IMG/VR virus record: IMGVR_UViG_3300037524_000450
Coordinates: 18,784-82,783 of that record
From: a virus
Taxonomy: Duplodnaviria; Caudoviricetes
Length of the DNA: 64,000 bases
Reading direction: 5' to 3' (one strand)
Position numbers and translations under genes: made by a program. Shown here piece after piece: positions 9,145 to 18,930 of this stretch; positions within the stretch are counted from its first letter, which is position 1, and every line of letters begins with the position of its first letter. The notes under the pieces are model-generated. The model was not told where the DNA came from, did no database searches, and saw nothing but the letters and a program-made list of their open reading frames with translations.

Positions 9145-10737
9145 ATGCCTTATTCTAAACGCCCTGAAATGTACCAAACATACATCCCTTTTGTAGAGAT
9201 GTATATTAGAGGTATTGACATTCTGCGCTCTCCTTCTGGGAAGCCTCGCAGTTTAATTTCTTTCTCGCATGATATCTATGCGGGTGCTGGTGGGTTTTGG
9301 ACATTAGAAATTTTTGACCCAGAATATGTTTCTGTGGAAGAACTTATGGTGTCCACACTTAACTACGCGGTTACCAAACCAGAAGATTCAGGCTATGGTT
9401 CTGACGAAGGTGGAGGTACTGACGAAGAAGCGGTTAACGTATCGACTGCTCATTTCCGTTATGGGTATCTTGGTCATAACCAGCAAGAACGAGTAGTAAG
9501 TACTTCTCCTAATGGAGAAGAGTTTTTTTATGGCATGGTTCATTCTTATATCCCAACGTATGAAACTAATGGTACGAGATTAGTTATCCGTGGGGATTCT
9601 TCTGGTTCGATGTGGAGAAGGCACCCTAAAATCGAGGGAGTTTTTACAGGATTAAGTGTGTACCAAGTAATCGAAAAAATTTGTGAAGAACGTAAATGGA
9701 CATTAGTCCCGTTAGGTATGGGGGCTAATCCAGAATCCTCTTTGCCATTACAGAAACGACCAGAAGATTTTAAGAAGACAGATGCTTCATACGATACGAC
9801 AGAAGAAGAATACCCGTCATTCACCATTAGAGAAGGGGAAGACCACGTACAATTCATTAATCGTTTGTGTTTAGAAGCACGCCCTAATGATTCTAAGTAT
9901 GACGTTTTTATGTGCCGACTAGAGTATAGAACGCTTAATGAAAAGCCTGAAACTAAACCTACGGGGTATTTGTATTTTGGCCCGGTTGACCATGTTACTC
10001 AAGAACCGGTTCGACAATATATATACATGCGAGACCCTCGGTCAGACATAATCCAGTTTAGTAATAACGCTCAAGTTTGGGCTGCCCAAAGTACTGGGGC
10101 AGCAGGGGTTGTGTGTACCTCTGAAGATGCTAAACTAGGCGATATACAAATGCGATATCTAGACGATATAAACCGTTATATGTATTATGATCGTGAGTCT
10201 CGGCCCCCTGTAACGTTTACTTCTTCTATGTTAGAAGATGTTGCTTACCCAGAAGGAGAGGTGGGTATTGAAGGGGCTGACGAAAAGAATGAAGGTGGTG
10301 GGTCAGACCCAAATCGGTTAAGTGTTAAAACAATGGCAAAAATGTCAGCTCCTGGGGCAGAACTACCTATTGCTACGGTTGATCGTCGTCAAGCTGACAG
10401 AGAAGCTATGCAGTATTGGCTTACGATGCAAAACTGGGTAACAAAAGGGAACTTACAAATCATTGGTGACCCTTCCCCAGAAATAGCCCCTGGTAACCTT
10501 ATTACTGTTCTTGTGCTAGTCCCGCAAGGAGACCCGGAAGCGCAGAAATTAGCTTTTCATTGGACTTCGTCTGTGTGGCTAATTATTGGTGTTAACCACG
10601 AAATTCGTCCTGGGGAAATGATAACGAACCTAGAACTAACCCGAACTGGACTTTCAAAGGGTGGTGCTACAACCAAGGCTGCATACAGAGCATTCCACAA
10701 AGCTTTAACTCCTGGGCAGTTGGAGAGGACAAGCTAA
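9145..10737 (+). CDS. baseplate hub protein (late control D / gp27-like)
   Basis: Lies between the LysM and spike genes. C-terminal GNLQIIGDP...W-x-IIGVNHEI...TNLELTR. Confidence 0.75.
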   Translation: MPYSKRPEMYQTYIPFVEMYIRGIDILRSPSGKPRSLISFSHDIYAGAGGFWTLEIFDPEYVSVEELMVSTLNYAVTKPEDSGYGSDEGGGTDEEAVNVSTAHFRYGYLGHNQQERVVSTSPNGEEFFYGMVHSYIPTYETNGTRLVIRGDSSGSMWRRHPKIEGVFTGLSVYQVIEKICEERKWTLVPLGMGANPESSLPLQKRPEDFKKTDASYDTTEEEYPSFTIREGEDHVQFINRLCLEARPNDSKYDVFMCRLEYRTLNEKPETKPTGYLYFGPVDHVTQEPVRQYIYMRDPRSDIIQFSNNAQVWAAQSTGAAGVVCTSEDAKLGDIQMRYLDDINRYMYYDRESRPPVTFTSSMLEDVAYPEGEVGIEGADEKNEGGGSDPNRLSVKTMAKMSAPGAELPIATVDRRQADREAMQYWLTMQNWVTKGNLQIIGDPSPEIAPGNLITVLVLVPQGDPEAQKLAFHWTSSVWLIIGVNHEIRPGEMITNLELTRTGLSKGGATTKAAYRAFHKALTPGQLERTS

Positions 10738-11657
10738 TGGCTGATATAAGACAAACCCCTGGTGACTTAGCCGTAGATTGGCGGCATGGTGAAGGTGTTC
10801 ATCGCAGGGATAAACTCCAAATTATGCGAGGAGTTGTTGAGTACAACAGAGATCCAGACCACAGGGGACGGGTTATTGTCCGTGTTGCCGATGACGGCCT
10901 TGAGATGCATCCAATTCAGAAGAACACTGCGTTACAACCAACCTTCGGTTTACCGTGGGCGTCTCCTCTTTTTGGGTACGGCTCTGGTTCAGGGTTTGGT
11001 GCGTACACTGTTCCGCCTGTTGGTTCGCGTGTTTTTGTCATGTTTGAAAAAGGCCACCCAGACCAACGTTTGTACTTTGGTGGCTGGTCAGCTAATAGTC
11101 CTCGTCAAAAACGATATGGAGTAACAAAGACGACACTAACACCCCCGACAAAAAAATCAACAATAGAACCCGGATTCAATGCAGAAGGCAACAAAGGGGG
11201 AGATTTTAAGTATCCTCCAAAGCCAACTCCTTACCAGGGCTACTGGATGGAAGAGCAGGGGCCTGAGAGGCCCCTAGAACTCGCGGAGATGATAGACCAT
11301 ACTCCGGACAGCCAGATGTACTTCAAAACGCTCAAGGGGGCTTCTCTGCTCGTTAAAGAGCGGGATGAAGCCGAGGAGATGGTTCTTACAGATCGTTTGG
11401 GTGCTGAATTACGTTTTGAATCCAACACGCCTATTGTCGAGAACGGTGTGCTGCGGCGGAATCGTGTATCCAGCACGCAGCACGAGGCTATGAGCCTGGA
11501 TAATCTAGCGCACTTTAAACATAGCGTTTCTTTGACTACAGCTAATCATGCCGGTCTCGAAATCGTGGCAACTACGAATGACGATGATTCTATCCTGCTC
11601 CAGACTCACCCGAAGGAGAATAGCCGAGGGTTGAGCCTTGGCGGTGGTGGTGGTTGA
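10737..11657 (+). CDS. baseplate spike gp5/VgrG/gpV-like, N-terminal part with OB fold
   Basis: GVVEYNRDPDHRGRVIVR, LPWASP and VPPVGSRVFVMFEKG. Ends at an anomalous TGA (see findings). Confidence 0.85.
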   Translation: MADIRQTPGDLAVDWRHGEGVHRRDKLQIMRGVVEYNRDPDHRGRVIVRVADDGLEMHPIQKNTALQPTFGLPWASPLFGYGSGSGFGAYTVPPVGSRVFVMFEKGHPDQRLYFGGWSANSPRQKRYGVTKTTLTPPTKKSTIEPGFNAEGNKGGDFKYPPKPTPYQGYWMEEQGPERPLELAEMIDHTPDSQMYFKTLKGASLLVKERDEAEEMVLTDRLGAELRFESNTPIVENGVLRRNRVSSTQHEAMSLDNLAHFKHSVSLTTANHAGLEIVATTNDDDSILLQTHPKENSRGLSLGGGGG

Positions 11658-11750
11658 GGCGCTGGCCGGTTCGCAGGTCGCGGGCCTGGAAATTCTGTAA
11701 GTGAGGATCAAGAGGGCATCATAAAGAATATCGAGCTTAAGAAAAGCCGT

Positions 11751-12113
11751 ATGGCGCTCGATTTGGACCCTGGAGAACAACGTATCCGTCTCGTTTACAG
11801 AAATGACAACGAGAACTTGGGTGTCATAGACTTTGACATCATTAGTAAGCGACTGGAGATTAAAGGCTTAGATGATATTGACGTTGTCTCTGACGCTGAC
11901 ATCAGTCTTCAAGCTCCTAGGATCAGCTTACTTGGCGATGTAGAGATCAATGGAGAAATACGTCATTGGGGTGGCAAGAAGCTCACCTTTATGGACAACG
12001 ACATGGAGCCATATGGGACACAGACACGTAATTACTGGCCCTATGATAAGCCTATCGCTCCTTACCAGATTGGTAATGGGGGAAGCTACGTGGAGCCGAG
12101 GGAGTATAAGTAA
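11751..12113 (+). CDS. C-terminal beta-strand part of the spike protein
   Basis: Same frame as 10737 with no RBS. ISLQAPRISLLGDVEING is a typical gpV/gp5 C-terminal strand repeat. Confidence 0.65.
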   Translation: MALDLDPGEQRIRLVYRNDNENLGVIDFDIISKRLEIKGLDDIDVVSDADISLQAPRISLLGDVEINGEIRHWGGKKLTFMDNDMEPYGTQTRNYWPYDKPIAPYQIGNGGSYVEPREYK

Positions 12114-15100
12114 TGGCTGAAGTTCAAGGAGATATCCTAGCTTTATACAAATACTACAGACTTTCAGACTATGAGAGTACTTGTTTAACTTTAAAGAATA
12201 AGATTCTTATAGAGTCTGCCATATGGTTTGAAGGCTATATGGATTTCTCCTTTAAGTGTTGCCGCTTTGAAAAGCCCATATACTGGGGCGTAGAGGGGGC
12301 ACGACTTGAGGGGGATACTAGAGGCACAGACGAGAACGATGACACGTTCCCTATTTATGGGTCCAACGGGTTAAACTTTGACACCTGTACGTTTACGCCT
12401 GATGCTCCAGTAACTATAGAGGCAAACTGCGTTGCTCTTTTTATAAATTGTGTTTTTGAGGGAGACCAAGTTTTTACTATTGGGAACAATACTCGTGTAG
12501 AATTTATAGACTGTACATTTAATTTGTGGCGTTTCGATATCACGGATTATTGTGACGTTCGTTTCCGTCGGTGTACTTGGACCTCTCCTCGTTACCATGC
12601 GACTATTGCTAATGGCTGCCAATGTACATACCATGATTGTGAATACAACATTGCTCAAACGTACGTGATGAACATTAGCCAAGATAGTAAAGTTATTATG
12701 ACTGGGCATACGCCTGTAGACATTACTTCAGGTATTACAATGTTCATAGTGTCGGATAAATCTTCTTTGGATATGTATAATTTTGGTACACTAAGCACAC
12801 CAGAATCTTGTTTAGATATTGATGACTCTAAGTATAAAGGTCGCAAAATAAAATTGATGTCTGCGGTTAAGGACACAGTTGTCGCAAATAATAAGGCTGA
12901 AGTATTTTTGAAAGAAGTTGACGAAATTATTTCAGTTTTAACTGCCCTAAAGTTTACAGATTCTCTTCTTCGTATGGAAGTAAATCAACTTACACAAGGA
13001 ATAATTCATGGAATTGAGGCTTTTGACCAAAGTGAAATTATTGTTAAAGACTTTGACAAAATAATTGGAATAAACTTGGACGCGATTTGGGGGAGCGAGT
13101 CCAATTTTAGAGTGTTTGATGGTAACATCATTATGAACGAATCAGAAGCAGCCGGGATTTATTTAACCGGGGTTAGTAAATCTATATTTAAGAATATTTC
13201 AGGAAAGATTCAGGGCATGTTTTATGGTATTAACATAAACGATCAAGCTGAAATATCCATTGATACTTGCCCTCTAATTTATGGCGTTATTTATTATGGT
13301 ATTTTTTATAATAATCCTAAAATTGAATGCATAAATGTGGACACAATTAAGGGATTAATCCATGGTATTCATGGAGTAGACGGTACCCTTAGAATAAGAA
13401 ACACCAGTATTGAGATCTATGGTGAAACTGAACATGGGATGGACATAACAACCACCCTGTATGAGTTTAAGGACATTGACTTTATTCACGGGCTGCTTAA
13501 AGGGGCGATCCTTACAAACTGTAAGGGAGTCCTTAAAGATGTTAGAGAAATCCAAGGAGAAACAGAAGAGGGTTTAGTTCTTCTGGGCATGTCAGGCCCA
13601 ACAGAATGGATCACCGTCCAGAAAATTTGGTCCCCTGTTATGCAGGGGCTTATCTTTACGGGAGACGCAGCGCAGAGTCGGTTTAGCGGTATCGAAGAAA
13701 TTTACTCTCTAACATTAGAGGGAGTTATCTGGACACAATCTGGTGGTGTAGCGGTATTTAGCCACTTTGGCCATATCTACTCTATACCCGAGTCCGGGCT
13801 GGAAGTACATATTTCTGAAGGTGCCATTTTAGAAATGGATATTGGGGACAAGATCACTTCAGAAGAAAAACATGCTATTGAAGGTGACAACGCAGGTATT
13901 TTGGTCTTTACTAATATTGACGAGATCAGTAGCCAAAATGGGGATATTGTAAAACTTACCGGATCTGGAGAAGACTCCAGCACCAAGTTTAAGACTATTC
14001 AGTTAATGAAAACAGACCAAGCTCCTGACGATGCTATTAAAATTGCAGGCAATGGTGTTGTTGTATTACAGGATATCCCAGAAATAACTGTTAAAGAGGC
14101 TGCTGAATATGTTGTCAAGCTTAGTTCTTTGAACCCTGGTTATGGGAATATTAAAGTACTAGACTGCAAGTCTATAACTGCTGAAAAAGCAAAGGGCGGC
14201 TTAAAGGTTTCAGATGCACTTATAACAGATGTTGTTGGTATAGACGAACCATGTGAGATTAAGTTAGAAGAAGCTGAAATAGCTGTTTTTGACGCATCTA
14301 GCACTAAACTATATTTTAGAAACTACTCTGAGATTTCTGCCACAGATGGAGAGGCAGATGGGGTTAAGCTTGATGACCTTAGTTTTTCTGGAAGTGAGAT
14401 GGAGCTTTATAACATAGAGCTTATTAAAGCTAAGGGGCATGGTATTAATATCACTTCTTCGGGGAAAATTAGCCTAGTAGAAATTAAAGAAGTGGATGTG
14501 TCTGAGGGTGAAAAAGACGCCTTGCACTACGAGGGGGAAGGGCACTTATACCTTCAGGGGCAGACTGTTCCAGTAAAACTAAGCGCAAAAGATGTTAGTA
14601 AAAATGCTATTTACGTGTTGGGCACTAGTATAGCCCAGGCAGAATTTGTTAATGTAGAGACACAAGCAGATAAAGGAAAGAGTATTTTTGAAAAAAGCGA
14701 TCTTCTCCTTGTTCGTAATAAGTTAAAAGGCGATGTATCGTTTACAGATTGTGTTGCTAGAAGTGTTCAAAATGTTTTCTCTCGGAGTATTGAACACGTA
14801 ACAGCAAAGGTGGATTATTATAACAGTGATATTACACTAGCTGTTGACCCTGGTGAAGAAACAGATTTTGTTGTTGACCCAGAAAGTGCTGTGTACTTAT
14901 TTAGGTCAGATATAACAGGGACAGGAAAAGTAAGTTCTGATGGTGTCATACATGGGGATATAAATGAGTTTGCTGTCCCAACAGTAGAAGGCACAACAGG
15001 TGTTTGGTTGTTAAATGTGTGTTCCCTCGATTCTACTGTTGATATTTCAAATAGCGCGGCTATTTTTAATTTATGCACAAGTGCTCAAGCTACTTCTTTG

Positions 15101-16147
15101 TCAGCTAGTGCTGTTATTGGTAATTTATGTACTTTTGAAGATGCCCTTGATATTCTTTCTGGCGGTTGTTCAGTAATGAATTTAGTCGAAGTTACTGGTA
15201 AATTAACTGCTGCAGGAGGCAACATTTTAAACGGGTGTAATACTGGGTCATTGGACGGTTCTCTTGCAGTTATTGCTAATGGCCTATTCTGCCACCAAAC
15301 AACAGACCTTGCAGGTTCTACTGCCGCTATTTTAAACAAGTTTGAGACAGATGGCCCATTAGATGTGTCTTCAAAAAGTGCTTTAATCATTAACCAGGGT
15401 AAAATGGATAATACTACTACATTAGCCGAGAATGTTGCTTTCATTGGTAACCAAATTGACAATGGCTTAACTAGTTTTGCTGTTGGTAGCTCTTCTGGCG
15501 TGTTTTTAAACGAAGGGACTTTGGGGCCTGCTACAATTGCGGCTGAATCTGGTGTTGTGCTCAACTCTGTTGTGCTCGCAAATAATTTAACTGTGGCAGA
15601 GGATACAGGTATTATATTTAATCATGTTGGTGGGGCGGCAGATGACCCTGACTACACTTTTGGAGAAAACAGCGGGATTTTAGCTAATTGGTTGCAGGGA
15701 AACAGTGTTACGCTTTCTGGCGGAGGATTTTTAGGACATACAGGGTTAGTTTCTGCTTATATGCAGCTTGAAGAGGATTTTACTCTAGCTACAGATACAG
15801 CCGCTATTATGGCTTCTCAAGTCGTGCGCGGTATTTGTACCTTACCTGAAAAAGCTAATATTATTGGTTGTGGTGTATTTTATACTGACACAGGGTATGA
15901 AAGTCCTACTGGAGCGGGGCACGCTATTCTTTTGCACGATTACCAAATGGGCGATTCGTCTAATCATGTCCTTGGCTTTAAGACAGGTATTGTTATTCGT
16001 GGCACAAACGATACTTCCCAGGTACTAATCAAAACTCCACACACCTCGGCTCAATGGGGTGATGGCACCTCTAGAGAAAATGTTCGTGTACGTGCAGACG
16101 AAGGAGTTATTCAACTTAACACAGTGTTAAATGATTACACATTTTAA
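12113..16147 (+). CDS. large right-handed beta-helix protein (tailspike/depolymerase-like)
   Basis: 1344 aa with ~22-24-residue I/G/N/C-rich coils throughout. Follows the spike gene. Confidence 0.7.
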   Translation: MAEVQGDILALYKYYRLSDYESTCLTLKNKILIESAIWFEGYMDFSFKCCRFEKPIYWGVEGARLEGDTRGTDENDDTFPIYGSNGLNFDTCTFTPDAPVTIEANCVALFINCVFEGDQVFTIGNNTRVEFIDCTFNLWRFDITDYCDVRFRRCTWTSPRYHATIANGCQCTYHDCEYNIAQTYVMNISQDSKVIMTGHTPVDITSGITMFIVSDKSSLDMYNFGTLSTPESCLDIDDSKYKGRKIKLMSAVKDTVVANNKAEVFLKEVDEIISVLTALKFTDSLLRMEVNQLTQGIIHGIEAFDQSEIIVKDFDKIIGINLDAIWGSESNFRVFDGNIIMNESEAAGIYLTGVSKSIFKNISGKIQGMFYGININDQAEISIDTCPLIYGVIYYGIFYNNPKIECINVDTIKGLIHGIHGVDGTLRIRNTSIEIYGETEHGMDITTTLYEFKDIDFIHGLLKGAILTNCKGVLKDVREIQGETEEGLVLLGMSGPTEWITVQKIWSPVMQGLIFTGDAAQSRFSGIEEIYSLTLEGVIWTQSGGVAVFSHFGHIYSIPESGLEVHISEGAILEMDIGDKITSEEKHAIEGDNAGILVFTNIDEISSQNGDIVKLTGSGEDSSTKFKTIQLMKTDQAPDDAIKIAGNGVVVLQDIPEITVKEAAEYVVKLSSLNPGYGNIKVLDCKSITAEKAKGGLKVSDALITDVVGIDEPCEIKLEEAEIAVFDASSTKLYFRNYSEISATDGEADGVKLDDLSFSGSEMELYNIELIKAKGHGINITSSGKISLVEIKEVDVSEGEKDALHYEGEGHLYLQGQTVPVKLSAKDVSKNAIYVLGTSIAQAEFVNVETQADKGKSIFEKSDLLLVRNKLKGDVSFTDCVARSVQNVFSRSIEHVTAKVDYYNSDITLAVDPGEETDFVVDPESAVYLFRSDITGTGKVSSDGVIHGDINEFAVPTVEGTTGVWLLNVCSLDSTVDISNSAAIFNLCTSAQATSLSASAVIGNLCTFEDALDILSGGCSVMNLVEVTGKLTAAGGNILNGCNTGSLDGSLAVIANGLFCHQTTDLAGSTAAILNKFETDGPLDVSSKSALIINQGKMDNTTTLAENVAFIGNQIDNGLTSFAVGSSSGVFLNEGTLGPATIAAESGVVLNSVVLANNLTVAEDTGIIFNHVGGAADDPDYTFGENSGILANWLQGNSVTLSGGGFLGHTGLVSAYMQLEEDFTLATDTAAIMASQVVRGICTLPEKANIIGCGVFYTDTGYESPTGAGHAILLHDYQMGDSSNHVLGFKTGIVIRGTNDTSQVLIKTPHTSAQWGDGTSRENVRVRADEGVIQLNTVLNDYTF

Positions 16148-16157
16148 AGGAACTTAA

Positions 16158-16850
16158 ATGTACTCAATGCAATTGCCTAATTTAAATGTGCCCGTCTTTG
16201 TACCAAGAATGGCACGAGTCAATAATCTGAAGAGAGTAAACGAGCTTACGGTGGACGTAACCCCGTTACTCAGGGTTGAAGGGACGAGACAGTTTATGTA
16301 CGCCCCAGACAAAGAACCAAACCAATTAGCTTCTGCGATATGGTTATCCGGCGTTATAAACTTGGTACATTTAAAAAAAGATATGCGTTTCCTGGGCGAT
16401 ACGGAAACGACTTTTATAAATATGATACCTCCCGAAACGGATGTAACGTCAATTTACGCCTTGGTGAAAGCCTTAGATGCTGTAGGAAGGGAACATAAGC
16501 TCCGCTTTTCACTTTCCAAGCTTAACAAATGGACCGATTTGTTACTCGCTATTATGGAAGGCTACACGGTTATAGTTGGCGGGACAGAGTACGAGAGCTT
16601 CAAGGAAGCAGAATTAACAGGGATTGTCCCGATGCCAAAGCCGGGTGAGGCTTTATTAAATGGTCATGTATTTAATGTCATAGCCTTTGACCAAAACAAG
16701 GATATGGCGCTCGCAATAGGGAACCGGGGGATGAAGGCAGGTAAGCGCGGACAGTTCCAATACAGAGGCTCTTATCTTCGTAATCTCAGTATATGTCGTG
16801 ACTTTTTCGTAGTTATGCCGAGGGTTGACCATGCCAGTGATACCAGATGA
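16158..16850 (+). CDS. papain-like (C1) peptidase homolog lacking the catalytic Cys
   Basis: YESF...TGIVPMPKPGE-x-LLNGHVFNVIAFD...GQFQY-x2-SYL matches the C-terminal half of bacterial C1A peptidases. No QG-x2-GSC motif. Confidence 0.6.
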   Translation: MYSMQLPNLNVPVFVPRMARVNNLKRVNELTVDVTPLLRVEGTRQFMYAPDKEPNQLASAIWLSGVINLVHLKKDMRFLGDTETTFINMIPPETDVTSIYALVKALDAVGREHKLRFSLSKLNKWTDLLLAIMEGYTVIVGGTEYESFKEAELTGIVPMPKPGEALLNGHVFNVIAFDQNKDMALAIGNRGMKAGKRGQFQYRGSYLRNLSICRDFFVVMPRVDHASDTR

Positions 16851-17355
16851 AGAACAGTTGATCGTTCAAAATACAGTAGCCACTAATCTCCTAGAGATTA
16901 TTGGTACTGGTATTGACTTTCCTTTTCGGTATGTCTCCGGTAACACTGTCGGGAAGATTATTGAGTCCAATGCTGGTGAGCGGATTAAAGATTCGATGCA
17001 CCTAATTTTAAGCACCCGGATTGGCGAGAGAATGTTCAACCCTGAGTTTGGTAGTCGGCTCCCCGAGCTGGTGTTCGAACCTAACGATGATATTCTTAAA
17101 AGCTTACTCAGAATCTACACGGTAGAAGCCCTACGACGCTGGGAAAAGCGCATTGATATCGTGAATGTCGTTATGATAGATAACTATAACGACGACAGAA
17201 GCATGGTCGGGATTTATATTGAATATGTGATCAGAAACTCACATATTAAAGGGAGTTACGTTTATCCCTTTGTCCGAGAGGGTATGCCAACATCAGACCT
17301 TTATACTGGGTCTGAACAGAGGCGCATGACCACAGCGGGGCAGGTAGTACTATAA
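16831..17355 (+). CDS. baseplate wedge gp25/gpW-like protein
   Basis: GIDFPF, ILSTRIGERMFNPEFGSRL-x2-LVFEP and LRRWEKRI. Confidence 0.95.
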   Translation: MPVIPDEEQLIVQNTVATNLLEIIGTGIDFPFRYVSGNTVGKIIESNAGERIKDSMHLILSTRIGERMFNPEFGSRLPELVFEPNDDILKSLLRIYTVEALRRWEKRIDIVNVVMIDNYNDDRSMVGIYIEYVIRNSHIKGSYVYPFVREGMPTSDLYTGSEQRRMTTAGQVVL

Positions 17356-17367
17356 GGATGGACTGAT

Positions 17368-18921
17368 ATGGCTGTTGTTAAGTATAAGCCAGACTACTTT
17401 TTAAAGGATTACGCCACAATCCGAGAAGAGATGATCTCTCGGCTGCCTATCATTTCTGAAGGTAAGCTGACGGACCTTAACGAGTCATCTATCTCTGTAA
17501 CACTTGTGGAAGTATTCGCCGCCATAGCAGACATGCTGGCTTTCTACCTTGACTCCTCTGCCCTGGAAGCTTTCTTACCAACCGTTCGGCAACCAGAAAA
17601 CGTTCACAGGCTTGCCAAGCTGATCGGTTATCGTATCCGGGGAGTTACCTCTGCTCAGGGTAAGGTACAGTTTACTCTTGGTGTGGCGATGAATGACGAG
17701 GTTTTTATTCCGAAGGGAACTCGGCTTGCCACTATTACGGGTGGTGGGATTAATGACAAAGGGTTGTTCATAACAACTGAAAATGCTGTTATCCCCATTG
17801 GCCAAACAGAGAGTGAGCTGGTAACTGCAATTCAAGGCACGCCGTACACAGAGACTTTCGTAGGTACTGGCGCTTCAAACCAGTCCGCCCAATTAGCACA
17901 GCAAAGTATTGATATTTCTACACTTAGAGTTACTTCTGGTAACGTTCTTTGGACACAGGTAGACTCCTTTCTGTACAGTCAAGTAGAGGATAGACACTAC
18001 TACGTAGAAGAAGATTACCTGGGTGTTATACGTATCTACTTTGGCGATGGGAAGTATGGGAAGGTTCCTGCTGTCGGAGAGACAGTTTCGGTAGAGTATC
18101 TTAGATCGTCTGGCGCAGACGGTAATGTGGGTGCGGGGTCAATCTCACTTATCCTAACCACGATCTCAACACTTGCAGGAGCTGTTGTTAATGCTATCAC
18201 TGTTACTAACCCGGACTCTACGGCGGGTGGTAGTAGTAAGCAGTCTTTAGAACAGGTTAAAACGAACGCCCCTGGTTCTTTGTCTGCTCTTTACCGTCCG
18301 ATGACCAAGTATGACTATAATGCTCTGCTTCTTCGCCTTGGTGGTATTCAGCATGTTAACGTTTGGGGCGAGCAGGAAGAAAACCCCCCGTCTTATGAAA
18401 ATATGAACTGGGCGAATGTTTGTTTAGTCCCCGTTAATGGTGGGTTACCTTCACAAAACTTAAAAGAAATTGTTAAGGAATATCTACTCGATTATCAACC
18501 AATTACTGTTCGGGTTAGGTTCATTGACCCAGAGTATATTTATGTGAATGTCTCCTTGGATGTATACATAACACCCGGATATTCTCTAAAGGATACTCGT
18601 ATTAAGATTGCAGATGATATTAAAGAATTTTTTGAGTTGGAAAACGTAAAATTTGGACAGGATATCCGGGTGTCTAGGTTTTACAAAATTGCTATGGATT
18701 ATGACGAAGTAAACCACGTCTTTGTCGATGATCTTGTGACCTATGACCCGGACGCGGATGAAGAAACTACTGTAGGGCAACAACTTGTATTGCAGAAGTG
18801 GCAGATTCCGGTTTTAAATGACCTCGAAGTTACTGTATACGAAGCTACAGAGCTTCCAATACCAGACCTATACCCAGACGAAACTTTGGATGAAAGTACT
18901 CTCTGGGATTATGACGGATAG
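17368..18921 (+). CDS. baseplate wedge gp6/gpJ-like protein
   Basis: KDYATIREEM, LAFYLD-x5-EAFLPT, IYFGDGKYGKVP, SGADGNVGAG and AGGSSKQSLEQVK. Confidence 0.93.
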   Translation: MAVVKYKPDYFLKDYATIREEMISRLPIISEGKLTDLNESSISVTLVEVFAAIADMLAFYLDSSALEAFLPTVRQPENVHRLAKLIGYRIRGVTSAQGKVQFTLGVAMNDEVFIPKGTRLATITGGGINDKGLFITTENAVIPIGQTESELVTAIQGTPYTETFVGTGASNQSAQLAQQSIDISTLRVTSGNVLWTQVDSFLYSQVEDRHYYVEEDYLGVIRIYFGDGKYGKVPAVGETVSVEYLRSSGADGNVGAGSISLILTTISTLAGAVVNAITVTNPDSTAGGSSKQSLEQVKTNAPGSLSALYRPMTKYDYNALLLRLGGIQHVNVWGEQEENPPSYENMNWANVCLVPVNGGLPSQNLKEIVKEYLLDYQPITVRVRFIDPEYIYVNVSLDVYITPGYSLKDTRIKIADDIKEFFELENVKFGQDIRVSRFYKIAMDYDEVNHVFVDDLVTYDPDADEETTVGQQLVLQKWQIPVLNDLEVTVYEATELPIPDLYPDETLDESTLWDYDG

Positions 18922-18930
18922 GAGTAAATA

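Noticed and set aside
11655-11657. Genome-wide TGA recoding (code 4 or 25)
   Set aside because: Many genes end in TGA with ATGA/TGATG overlaps to the next start (e.g. 50608, 50871, 51781, 56374). No other long ORF is broken by TGA.
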